Part shown: piece by piece, positions 44,046 through 52,115 of the stretch | Position numbering within the stretch: position 1 is the stretch's first letter | Layout of the letters: each line of letters begins with the position of its first letter | NCBI GenBank assembly: GCA_022561055.1 | Contig: JADFRY010000002.1 | Span: 54,064 to 118,063, forward strand | DNA: 64,000 nucleotides | From: Nanobdellota archaeon | Lineage (GTDB): Archaea > Nanobdellota > Nanobdellia > Pacearchaeales > GW2011-AR1 | Reading direction: 5' to 3' | Made by a program: the position numbers and the translations under genes | Notes under the pieces: model-generated | What the model was told of the DNA's origin: nothing | Seen by the model: only the letters and a program-made list of their open reading frames with translations | Database searches by the model: none

Positions 44046-44489
44046 ATGTTATGTCCATTTTGCTCTCATTCAGAAACAAAGGTTACAGATAAAAGGGATG
44101 CTGGCAGAATTACGAGAAGAAGAAGAGAGTGCTTAAAGTGTAGCAAGAGATTTTCCACGCATGAAAAGGTAGAGTGGAGCGAAATAAAAGTTATAAAGAA
44201 AGACGGAAAGAGAGAACCGTTCAGCCGAGAGAAAATTAAAATAGGCTTTATGAAGGCGTGTGAAAAAAGGCCTGTAAATGAGGAAAGAATTGAAAAGATG
44301 CTAAACTTTATTGAGGAAAAAGTGAGGAAGAGAGGAAAAGAGATTAATACGAGTGTTATTGGCGATTTGGTTTCTAAAGAATTAAAAAAAGTTGATAAGG
44401 TTGCATACATAAGATTTGCTTCTGTTTATATGGATTTCACAGATATTTCAGATTTTAAAAAAGAAGTAAGGGGGCTGTTGAAGAAATAA
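44046..44489 (+). CDS. nrdR: transcriptional repressor NrdR (zinc ribbon plus ATP-cone)
   Basis: MLCPFCSHSETKVTDKRD...RRRRECLKCSKRFSTHE plus an ATP-cone. The upstream extension to 43950 in the ORF track covers the NrdR boxes and is not credible. Confidence 0.9.
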   Translation: MLCPFCSHSETKVTDKRDAGRITRRRRECLKCSKRFSTHEKVEWSEIKVIKKDGKREPFSREKIKIGFMKACEKRPVNEERIEKMLNFIEEKVRKRGKEINTSVIGDLVSKELKKVDKVAYIRFASVYMDFTDISDFKKEVRGLLKK

Positions 44490-44697
44490 TACTCAATAAA
44501 AATTGTAAAAAGGGATTGAAAAAAGATGATGAAAAAAAGACGGCAAAGTAGAGTGTATGAAATTAGAAAAAATGAGAATCTTATTAAGAGTAGCACTTTT
44601 GAGAATAGTCGTATTGAAAATAGCTGTAATACTATATAGACAATAGAGAAGCAAAAATAATAAATATAAATAAAGATGAAAAAAAGGATGTGTTAAA

Positions 44698-47580
44698 ATG
44701 GCTGATATAAAAAAAGTAGAGGTTGATACCAATTCTCTAGATGGACTCGGTAGTGGTTTGGAACAAAAAGGTGTTGTGGGTGGCTTGCCAGAGTCAGACA
44801 CTGGATTAAAAATAGCAAGATATTTCACTAAACAGGGAATGAGTCCTTTTAATTTTGATGTAGAAAGAAAACCAATAAATTGGGTTTCTGAAGAAGTACA
44901 ATTTACTGATGATATGGGAAAAGTTATTTATACACAACCAAGTGTTAAGAAACCTGACTTCTGGAGCCCCCTGGCATTGAAAGTTGTGGCTAGTAGATAT
45001 TTCTGGGGTAATCAACAAAAAGGGGAGAGAGAAGATTCTGTAGAAAAATTGATTGATAGGGTTTCTAGGTTTTTTGAAAGGCAGGCATTAAAACAGAAAT
45101 ACTTTAATGAAGAAGAATCAAGAATCCTAAGAGATGAGATTGCTGCAATAACATTAAATCAATTATGCGTTTTCAATAGCCCAGTGTGGTTTAATGTTGG
45201 TATTCAGAAATATGATATTATAGCTGGAGGGGTTGCTCCTTGGAAATGGGATTCTGAAAAGGGAGAGGTTGTTGAATCAGAAAAAAATGAAGATAGACCA
45301 CAATGTTCAGCTTGTTTCATTCAAAGCATGGAAGATAATATGGACTCTATTATGGAAGTCCAGACAGCTGAAGCCATGTTATTTAAAGGCGGTTCTGGAA
45401 CAGGTTCAAACAGGTCTAATCTGAGAAGTTCTAAAGAAAGGCTTACGGGAGGAGGGATTTCTTCTGGTCCTGTGAGCTTTATGAGAGGTTATGATGCATA
45501 TGCTGGTGTTATCAAGTCAGGAGGTAAAACAAGAAGAGCAGCAAAAATGGAAATCTTAAATATGAACCATCCTGATATTATGGAGTTCATTGAAGCAAAA
45601 CAAAAAGAAGAGAAAAAAGCATGGGCTTTAATTGATGCAGGTTATGGTGGTGGCTTAAATGGGGAAGCATATAATAGTATCTCTTTCCAGAACAGTAATA
45701 TGAGTGCCAGGGCTTCTGATGAATTTATGGAGGCTATAAAAAAAGATGGTGACTGGCAGACTAAATATGTTTTAACAGGAGAAGTTTGTGAAACTTTAAA
45801 AGCTAAAGAAATGTTAAAGAAAATTGCTGAAGGGACTCATATTTGTGGGGACCCAGGCATGCAGTTTGATACAATAATCAATAAATATCATACTTGTAAG
45901 AACTCTGGAAGGATAAATGCTTCTAATCCTTGTTCGGAGTATATGTTTTTAGATGATACTGCATGTAACCTTGCTTCTCTCAATTTAATGAAATTTAGAA
46001 CAGAAGATGAAAAATTTGATGTGGAGAAGTTTAGAAAAGCTGTGAAGTTCTTTATTATTACAATGGAGCTCATTATTGATGGTGCTTCTTATCCTACCAA
46101 AAAAATAACACAGAGGTCACATGATTTTAGGACTCTTGGCTTGGGATATGCTAATCTTGGAGCTTTACTTATGTCTTTTGGTCTGCCTTATGATTCTGAT
46201 TCTGGCAGAGCTGTTGCTGCAGCAATAACTGCAATAATGTGTGGAGAGGCTTACAAAATTTCTGCACAATTAGCTTCTTTGGTTGGTACTTTTCCGAGAT
46301 ATGAAGAAAATAAAGAACCCATGTTAAAAGTTATGGAAATGCACCGAGACCATGTTAAAGATATAGAAGTTAATAAAATGCCTTCTGATTTGAGATATTT
46401 GGTTAATGATTCCTGGGATTCATGGAGTGAGGCTGTAAAATTAGGAGAAAAATATGGCTATAGAAATGCTCAAACAACTGTTATTGCTCCTACTGGAACA
46501 ATTGCATTCATGATGGATTGTGATACAACAGGAATTGAACCTGACATTGCATTAGTTAAGTACAAAGTTCTTGCTGGGGGAGGCATGTTAAAGATAGTAA
46601 ACAAAAGCGTGCCTTTGGCTTTGAGGGGTTTGGGTTATAATGAAGAACAAATAAAAGAGATTATTGATTATATTGACAAAAATGATATGATTGAGGGGAC
46701 TCCGCATTTGAAAGAAGATCATCTTGCGATTTTTGATTGTGCTTTCAAGCCTGCTAATGGTAAAAGGGCAATACAGTATAAAGCCCATATTAAGATGATG
46801 GGAGCATGTCAGCCTTTTGTTTCTGGAGCAATAAGCAAGACGATTAATATGCCTGAGCAATCAACAATTGATGAAATTGCCGATGCATATATTTTCTCTT
46901 GGGAACAGGGATTAAAATCTGTGGCAATTTATAGAGAAAACAGCAAGAGAAGCCAGCCTCTGAATACGCAGAAAACAGAAGGCGAGATGATAAGAAAAGA
47001 TGCAAAGATCCAAATGTCTCAGATGAGAATAAAACTTCCTCAAACAAGAAAATCCATAACTCACAAGTTTGACATTGGGGGACATGAGGGATACTTGACA
47101 GTTGGCTTATATGACGAAGGAAAACCTGGAGAGATTTTTATTACGATGCATAAGACTGGTTCTACAATCAGAGGCTTAATGGATGCGTGGGCAAATTCTA
47201 TTTCATTTAATTTACAATACGGGATTCCAGTCGAGTTTTTATTTAAGAAATTCAGACATCAGAAGTTTGAGCCTTCTGGATTTGTGAAGAACGTTAATGG
47301 AGGAAAACTGGATGAGAAAGGAAATAAGATAAAAACAGCATCGTCAATAGTTGATTATGTTGCACAGTTTATGCTAAATAACTTTGGTGAAGGCTCTGGT
47401 AATATAGAGTTTGAAGTTGAAACTTTGGGAAATCTAAAAGATGAGCAGAAAGCATTGGATGACTTCGGCGATGAAGGACTTATTTGTCCTTTGTGTGGAG
47501 GGACTGCAAAACGACTTGGAAATTGCACTATGATTTGCAATTCCTGTAAGCAGAAGACAACTGGTGGTTGTGGTGAGTGA
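44698..47580 (+). CDS. nrdJ: class II (adenosylcobalamin-dependent) ribonucleotide reductase
   Basis: NPCSEYMFLDDTACNLASLNL (active-site Cys/Glu block), TVIAPTGTI block, C-terminal CPLCGG...CNSC zinc-ribbon tail. Confidence 0.85.
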   Translation: MADIKKVEVDTNSLDGLGSGLEQKGVVGGLPESDTGLKIARYFTKQGMSPFNFDVERKPINWVSEEVQFTDDMGKVIYTQPSVKKPDFWSPLALKVVASRYFWGNQQKGEREDSVEKLIDRVSRFFERQALKQKYFNEEESRILRDEIAAITLNQLCVFNSPVWFNVGIQKYDIIAGGVAPWKWDSEKGEVVESEKNEDRPQCSACFIQSMEDNMDSIMEVQTAEAMLFKGGSGTGSNRSNLRSSKERLTGGGISSGPVSFMRGYDAYAGVIKSGGKTRRAAKMEILNMNHPDIMEFIEAKQKEEKKAWALIDAGYGGGLNGEAYNSISFQNSNMSARASDEFMEAIKKDGDWQTKYVLTGEVCETLKAKEMLKKIAEGTHICGDPGMQFDTIINKYHTCKNSGRINASNPCSEYMFLDDTACNLASLNLMKFRTEDEKFDVEKFRKAVKFFIITMELIIDGASYPTKKITQRSHDFRTLGLGYANLGALLMSFGLPYDSDSGRAVAAAITAIMCGEAYKISAQLASLVGTFPRYEENKEPMLKVMEMHRDHVKDIEVNKMPSDLRYLVNDSWDSWSEAVKLGEKYGYRNAQTTVIAPTGTIAFMMDCDTTGIEPDIALVKYKVLAGGGMLKIVNKSVPLALRGLGYNEEQIKEIIDYIDKNDMIEGTPHLKEDHLAIFDCAFKPANGKRAIQYKAHIKMMGACQPFVSGAISKTINMPEQSTIDEIADAYIFSWEQGLKSVAIYRENSKRSQPLNTQKTEGEMIRKDAKIQMSQMRIKLPQTRKSITHKFDIGGHEGYLTVGLYDEGKPGEIFITMHKTGSTIRGLMDAWANSISFNLQYGIPVEFLFKKFRHQKFEPSGFVKNVNGGKLDEKGNKIKTASSIVDYVAQFMLNNFGEGSGNIEFEVETLGNLKDEQKALDDFGDEGLICPLCGGTAKRLGNCTMICNSCKQKTTGGCGE

Positions 47581-47658
47581 TAGTAAATAATCAATTTCAA
47601 TTTTTATTCCTTTTTGTGAGTGCTATAGATTTAAATATAATATATTCCAGTTTCGTCT

Positions 47659-48168
47659 ATGACGAAACTACTTGACAGATTCAGAGATGCTGCACTTTTG
47701 AGAGGGAATTTTACTTTAAGAAGTGGAAGAACATCAGATTATTATATCAATGCTATGGATGCTTTTAAATTTCCAAGTTTGTTAAATGATTTAGCAGATG
47801 ATGTTTTTAATCTTTTTGATGAAAGGATTACTTGTGTAACTGCTACAGGTTTTGGAGGAACTCCATTGGCAACTACAATTTCTTCTAGGCATAACTTGCC
47901 TTTATGTTGTGTGAGAGATAAACCAAAGGTATATGGAACTAAAAGCCAAATTGAAGGGCATACTCCTACCAGAGAGGATTTTATTGCTTTGGTGGATGGT
48001 GTTTTTACAACTGGAGGCAGTTTAAGAGAAGCAACTGCTATTTTAGAAGAATTTCATCCTGCATCAATAGAATATGCTGTTATCCTTAATAGATCTGAAG
48101 AACAAAAACCAATGTTGCTCGATGGAGAAGTTAAGTATTTGTTTAGCGTGGCGGATATTTTGGAGTAG
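47659..48168 (+). CDS. orotate phosphoribosyltransferase-like type I PRTase
   Basis: LLRGNFTLRSGRTSDYYIN (PyrE-type N-terminus) and LVDGVFTTGGS (PRPP-binding loop, DG instead of DD). Confidence 0.65.
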   Translation: MTKLLDRFRDAALLRGNFTLRSGRTSDYYINAMDAFKFPSLLNDLADDVFNLFDERITCVTATGFGGTPLATTISSRHNLPLCCVRDKPKVYGTKSQIEGHTPTREDFIALVDGVFTTGGSLREATAILEEFHPASIEYAVILNRSEEQKPMLLDGEVKYLFSVADILE

Positions 48169-48208
48169 TTTTTAGTACTCCTTTTTCTTTTTATGAAATT
48201 CTTACTAA

Positions 48209-48472
48209 TTATGTGTTTTCTTCACCTTTTCCATAAACCTCTCTACGATGCCCGACATAATGAATAACAATTCCTTTAGGATGATGTGAATACATAACTC
48301 TATACTTTTTAAATCGAAAACTAAAAAATCCTTTTAATCTTCCCTTGAGTTGTTTGCCTTTAATTTTGCTTCTGAGCCTTTTCAATTCTTTTTTAATTTG
48401 TCTTTGATTACTTATGTGAAGCCCATGCAGGGTTCTTTTACCTTCTTCTGTAAATTGTATTGAAAAGTCCAT
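48209..48472 (-). CDS. RelE/ParE-family toxin
   Basis: LKG...FSFRFKKYRVMYSHHPKGIVIHYVGHRREVY follows the RelE/ParE C-terminal pattern (R.G.YR..Y......I..VGHR.E.Y). Confidence 0.7.
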   Translation of the reverse strand: MDFSIQFTEEGKRTLHGLHISNQRQIKKELKRLRSKIKGKQLKGRLKGFFSFRFKKYRVMYSHHPKGIVIHYVGHRREVYGKGEENT

Positions 48473-48714
48473 TAGACCTCATCAATAGAATAAAGTTTTC
48501 CTTTTTTCATATCTTTGATACTTTTTGCTAAGCTAGCCATAACGTCTGGATCCGAAAGTATCTCAATTGTTTCATAGAGTGAATCGTCTTGCATGTCTGT
48601 GTCGCCGGAAAGAATTCTCATGAGAACATCATTATACGATTCTCGTGGATGAGACTTGACTCTATCAAGTTTGGCTTTTACATTTCTATCCAAGGTTATT
48701 GTTGATATATTCAT
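48472..48714 (-). CDS. putative antitoxin
   Basis: 80-aa acidic protein immediately upstream of the toxin, with a 1-nt TAATG overlap at 48470..48474. Confidence 0.55.
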   Translation of the reverse strand: MNISTITLDRNVKAKLDRVKSHPRESYNDVLMRILSGDTDMQDDSLYETIEILSDPDVMASLAKSIKDMKKGKLYSIDEV

Positions 48715-48821
48715 GACTATTAATAGTTATTAATAGTATTTAAGGGTTTCGGTGTTCTTCAGTAGTATATTAATTAAGCTAACAAAAAACTTATAAAAGT
48801 TAGAATTTCTTTAAGAATGAG

Positions 48822-49262
48822 ATGGAATTAAAAAGTAGTGCATTTAATCAGGGGGAGAAAATACCTGTGAAATACACTTGTGACGGAGATGATTTTAGTC
48901 CGCCGTTAGAAATTAGCGGCGTTCCTGAAAATACAAAGAGCTTAGTGCTAATTGTTGATGACCCTGATGCTCCTGTTGGAACTTGGGTGCATTGGGTAGT
49001 ATGGAATATTCAGCCAAAGATAACAAAAATTGAAGAAAATACAGTTCCTGTAAATGCGATAGAAGGAATTAATGACTTTGGAAAACATAATTACGGTGGA
49101 CCTTGCCCTCCCTCTGGCACACATAGATATTTCTTTAAATCGTACGCATTAGATAAAACTTTAGAGCTTGATAATAATGCTAAGAAATCTGACGTTGAAA
49201 ATGCAATGCGGGGTCATGTTATAGAACAAGCAACTTTGATTGGAACTTATTCTAGGAGTTAA
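48822..49262 (+). CDS. PEBP-family protein (YbhB/YbcL-like)
   Basis: LIVDDPDAP...WVHWVVWNI...GPCPPSGTHRYFF are PEBP signature blocks. Confidence 0.85.
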   Translation: MELKSSAFNQGEKIPVKYTCDGDDFSPPLEISGVPENTKSLVLIVDDPDAPVGTWVHWVVWNIQPKITKIEENTVPVNAIEGINDFGKHNYGGPCPPSGTHRYFFKSYALDKTLELDNNAKKSDVENAMRGHVIEQATLIGTYSRS

Positions 49263-50480
49263 TTAAGCAGCTTTATCAAATAGTGCTAAGCCATCTCCAA
49301 TTAATTTTTCTAAGTCTTTGCTTTGCCCATGTTTTTTCTCTAAGCTTGCTCTTATTTCAGACCGTAACTGGGGATTAAATCCTCCTTTTGTTAAGATTTC
49401 TAAGATGCCAAGTGGTGCGAGCCAATCGTCTTCATGTTCCTTTTCTAATTTTTGCCATGATTCTCGAAGCCAATAGGTATTTCTTTTCTGTTCTCTGCAT
49501 TCCCTCATAGCCTTATATATTCTATTGAGTCTTTTTTGCTTTTCAGTTGGTCTAAATTTATGAGTCCGTTCTTCTGGTTTTATTATACTTTCGATGCCCA
49601 CATCACTTGTACCAGACATTGTCCCTCTAAATTTCTCTAAAATGTCAAGAATATTATCTAAACTTTCAGCTTCATAGAGTGTTTCTTGTTGTATGGTAAT
49701 ATTATACTGCGCCTCTGCTGTCTCAAGAGAAAGAGGACGTATAGTTCTATTAAGATAATTTCTTCCTTCGTCTATTGAGGAGATTAGAGCAGCTCCCCAA
49801 ATTCTTGATTCTCTATTATATTTTACAAGTCCAAACTCTACTGTAAACCAGTGTAAAGCAGAAAGTCTTCGCGCATCAGAAGCAGCATCATAGGCAGCTT
49901 TATTTGCTAATTTCCACCTTTCATTTGCTTCTTTTTTCTGTTCTTCGGTTGTTACAAAGTCTTCTTCTAAAATAGATAAATGGCGTGTAGCTTCATAATA
50001 CTCTTGATCTTCTGGAGCCGATACTGCCTTTATTCCAAGTTCACCAAATAATTGTAAAATTCTCCTAACTTCTAGATTAGCAAGCATTGTTGTATGCCCC
50101 AGACCTTCATGAACTATATCTGGAGAAGGAGTATATCCTATATTCGCAGGTATTCTCATATCAGTAGAAATTGGTGTTACTCCTCTATATTGAAGAGCCA
50201 TAAAAGCTCTGGGAGGAATAAAACCATTCACACCTATGGCGCCAAAGCTGACTTGACTTAATTTATCGTCTATGTGCGCTATTCTAGGTATTGTGTCTAT
50301 AGGGATATCTAATAATTCTATACTCTCTAGATATGATGGATGAGCATGTTCTAGGTAAAAAGGATGACTAACTTGTCTTATGTAGCGCCATGCTTCATGT
50401 TGCGCTGCTGTATATTTGGGTTGCACTTCTTTAAACTGTGCTAAGGGTGGTGGAAGATTTTTTACATGTTCGCTAACCAT
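49263..50480 (-). CDS. aromatic amino acid hydroxylase-like (phenylalanine-4-hydroxylase family) protein with insertion and C-terminal extension
   Basis: YTAAQHEAWRYI, PDIVHEGLGHTTML (two iron His retained), WFTVEFGL (iron Glu retained), GAALISS. Confidence 0.6.
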   Translation of the reverse strand: MVSEHVKNLPPPLAQFKEVQPKYTAAQHEAWRYIRQVSHPFYLEHAHPSYLESIELLDIPIDTIPRIAHIDDKLSQVSFGAIGVNGFIPPRAFMALQYRGVTPISTDMRIPANIGYTPSPDIVHEGLGHTTMLANLEVRRILQLFGELGIKAVSAPEDQEYYEATRHLSILEEDFVTTEEQKKEANERWKLANKAAYDAASDARRLSALHWFTVEFGLVKYNRESRIWGAALISSIDEGRNYLNRTIRPLSLETAEAQYNITIQQETLYEAESLDNILDILEKFRGTMSGTSDVGIESIIKPEERTHKFRPTEKQKRLNRIYKAMRECREQKRNTYWLRESWQKLEKEHEDDWLAPLGILEILTKGGFNPQLRSEIRASLEKKHGQSKDLEKLIGDGLALFDKAA

Positions 50481-50537
50481 TTTATATAAAAAATGAATTT
50501 GATGACTTAAATATTTTATTGTGTTTTGTGGATAGTA

Positions 50538-51143
50538 TCATTCATCGACTAAGGGCACAAAGACAAAGCCCGGGAATTCTTTAGTCGTTATTTTTCCTTT
50601 TTCCTTTTTTATTTTGAAGACAGACCATTTTACAGATGCGACGATAATTCCGTTTTCTTTTAATTGTTCGCAAAGTTTTTGAGCAGTGTTTAAATCTGGA
50701 CATGCGGCACTTATTAAGATTTTATCGTAAGGAGAAAACTTTGGCAATCCATTTTTGCCGCTTTGATGAACAATTATGATATCTTTATATTTTTTTAATG
50801 TTTTTCGCGAGCGCTCTGCTAATTCTTTTATAATTTCGACTCCATAGATTTTTCCTTTTGTTATTTCTGAGAGCAAAGCCAAAACATAGCCAGAGCCGGA
50901 GCCAATTTCGAGAACCTTTTGTTTGCTATTAGGTTTTAACTCAAGCTGATTAAGCATGAAAGCTGTTACATAAGGTTGAGATATAGTTGCACCATAATCT
51001 ATTGGTAAAGAAGTATCATCATAAACATATTCTTTATAATTTTCAGAAACGAAATCCTCTCTCTCGACTTTTTTAAATGCTCTTAGAATTTTTTCTGGAA
51101 ATCCTTGAAGTTTTAGATGTTTGATTAATTGTTGTTTATTCAT
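50538..51143 (-). CDS. pcm: protein-L-isoaspartate O-methyltransferase
   Basis: GATISQPYVTAFML and VLEIGSGSGY signature blocks. Confidence 0.85.
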   Translation of the reverse strand: MNKQQLIKHLKLQGFPEKILRAFKKVEREDFVSENYKEYVYDDTSLPIDYGATISQPYVTAFMLNQLELKPNSKQKVLEIGSGSGYVLALLSEITKGKIYGVEIIKELAERSRKTLKKYKDIIIVHQSGKNGLPKFSPYDKILISAACPDLNTAQKLCEQLKENGIIVASVKWSVFKIKKEKGKITTKEFPGFVFVPLVDE

Positions 51144-51276
51144 TATTATGAAAAATTAATTATATATTTAAGTTTGCTGATATTGGCCTTGATAATTAAG
51201 CTGTGTGTTTGGAACTATCCTTTCATAGTTAAGAGAGTTACAAAAACTTTATTAATGGTTTTTTGTAAAGTTAGTC

Positions 51277-51594
51277 ATGGCAGGAAATATTAAGGAATTG
51301 AATGCTAATAATTTTGATGATTTTATAAAAAAGGGTGATTGCATTGTGGATTTTTATGCTGATTGGTGTGGTCCTTGTAAAGCTATGGCTTCACATTTTG
51401 AGAAGGCTGTAGAGAAATTAAAAGATGTTAAATTTGGAAAGATTAATGTTGATGGCAACCAAAAATTAACTGGAAGATTTATGGTTATGTCAGTACCAAC
51501 GACTATCTTTTTCAAGAATAGAGAGCAAGTTGATAGGCATACTGGTGCAATGAGTTTTGAAGATATTAGAAATTTCTGTGAGAGAAATTTCTAA
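51277..51594 (+). CDS. trxA: thioredoxin
   Basis: DFYADWCGPCK active site. 105 aa. Confidence 0.85.
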   Translation: MAGNIKELNANNFDDFIKKGDCIVDFYADWCGPCKAMASHFEKAVEKLKDVKFGKINVDGNQKLTGRFMVMSVPTTIFFKNREQVDRHTGAMSFEDIRNFCERNF

Positions 51595-51597
51595 GCC

Positions 51598-51621
51598 AGA
51601 AAACAAAGGATATTGTTTTCT
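51598..51621 (+). terminator. 9-bp hairpin directly after trxA
   Basis: agaaaacaa / aggata / ttgttttct, starting 4 nt after the stop codon. Confidence 0.4.
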
Positions 51622-51658
51622 ATATTAGGAGGAGAGTTGAGGATAATTTCTAATAAAA

Positions 51659-51670
51659 GCATTTAAAAAC
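51659..51670 (+). promoter_or_regulatory. TATA box for tRNA-Lys (gcatttaaaaac)
   Basis: It lies about 28 nt upstream of the first tRNA nucleotide. Confidence 0.45.
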
Positions 51671-51692
51671 AATTTAATTCTTTTTCAGTTAT

Positions 51693-51767
51693 GGTCCCGT
51701 AGCTCAGCCTGGTCAGAGCACTGGGCTTTTAACCCAGGTGTCGCGGGTTCAAATCCCGTCGGGGCCA
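51693..51767 (+). tRNA. tRNA-Lys (anticodon UUU), no intron, CCA not encoded
   Basis: Hand-folded cloverleaf: acceptor GGUCCCG/CGGGGCC, D arm GCUC/GAGC, anticodon stem CUGGG/CCCAG with loop CU-UUU-AA, T arm GCGGG-UUCAAAU-CCCGU, discriminator A. Confidence 0.9.
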
Positions 51768-51887
51768 TTTTTGCAAAATCCGGGCAAAAGTTTATAAACC
51801 CACATTTATAATCTTTTATTATTACTAAGTTGTTAAAGGAATTTCAGCGTAATTTAAAACAATTAAATTAACTTCAAAAAAGCTCCC

Positions 51888-52094
51888 ATGCACATCCTAC
51901 AGCCAAAACACATTAAATTGAAGCCCGAAGAGGTCAAAGCTTTAGTTAAAAAATATAATATTTCTTTATCGCAATTGCCCAAGATAAAATCAACAGACGC
52001 AGGAGTTCCTGAAAACTGTGAATCGGGAGATGTTCTTAAAATTGAGAGAAAGCAAGAGGAAAAAATAAGAGCATGTTACAAAGTTATTGTATGA
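51888..52094 (+). CDS. rpoH: RNA polymerase subunit H (Rpo5)
   Basis: HILQPKHIKLKPEEVKALVKKYNISLSQLPKI...GDVLKIER matches the archaeal RpoH/Rpb5 C-domain. It sits directly before rpoB. Confidence 0.85.
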   Translation: MHILQPKHIKLKPEEVKALVKKYNISLSQLPKIKSTDAGVPENCESGDVLKIERKQEEKIRACYKVIV

Positions 52095-52115
52095 TAGAGT
52101 TGAAGAGAGTTTGAT

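Noticed and set aside
44526-44639. 37-codon plus-strand ORF (MMKKRRQSRVYEIRKNENLIK...) in the nrdJ leader
   Set aside because: It has no promoter or SD features and no recognisable family. Such short ORFs are expected by chance. I kept it only as a note.
44632-44650. CTATATAG palindrome upstream of nrdJ as a third NrdR box
   Set aside because: The palindromic core is 2 nt shorter than the NrdR-box core and lacks the flanking ACA/TGT arms, so the spacing does not fit the consensus.
44493-44828. 111-aa minus-strand ORF in the nrdR-nrdJ spacer
   Set aside because: Low-complexity, Phe/Leu/Ser-rich translation of AT-rich spacer. It overlaps the well-supported nrdJ start.
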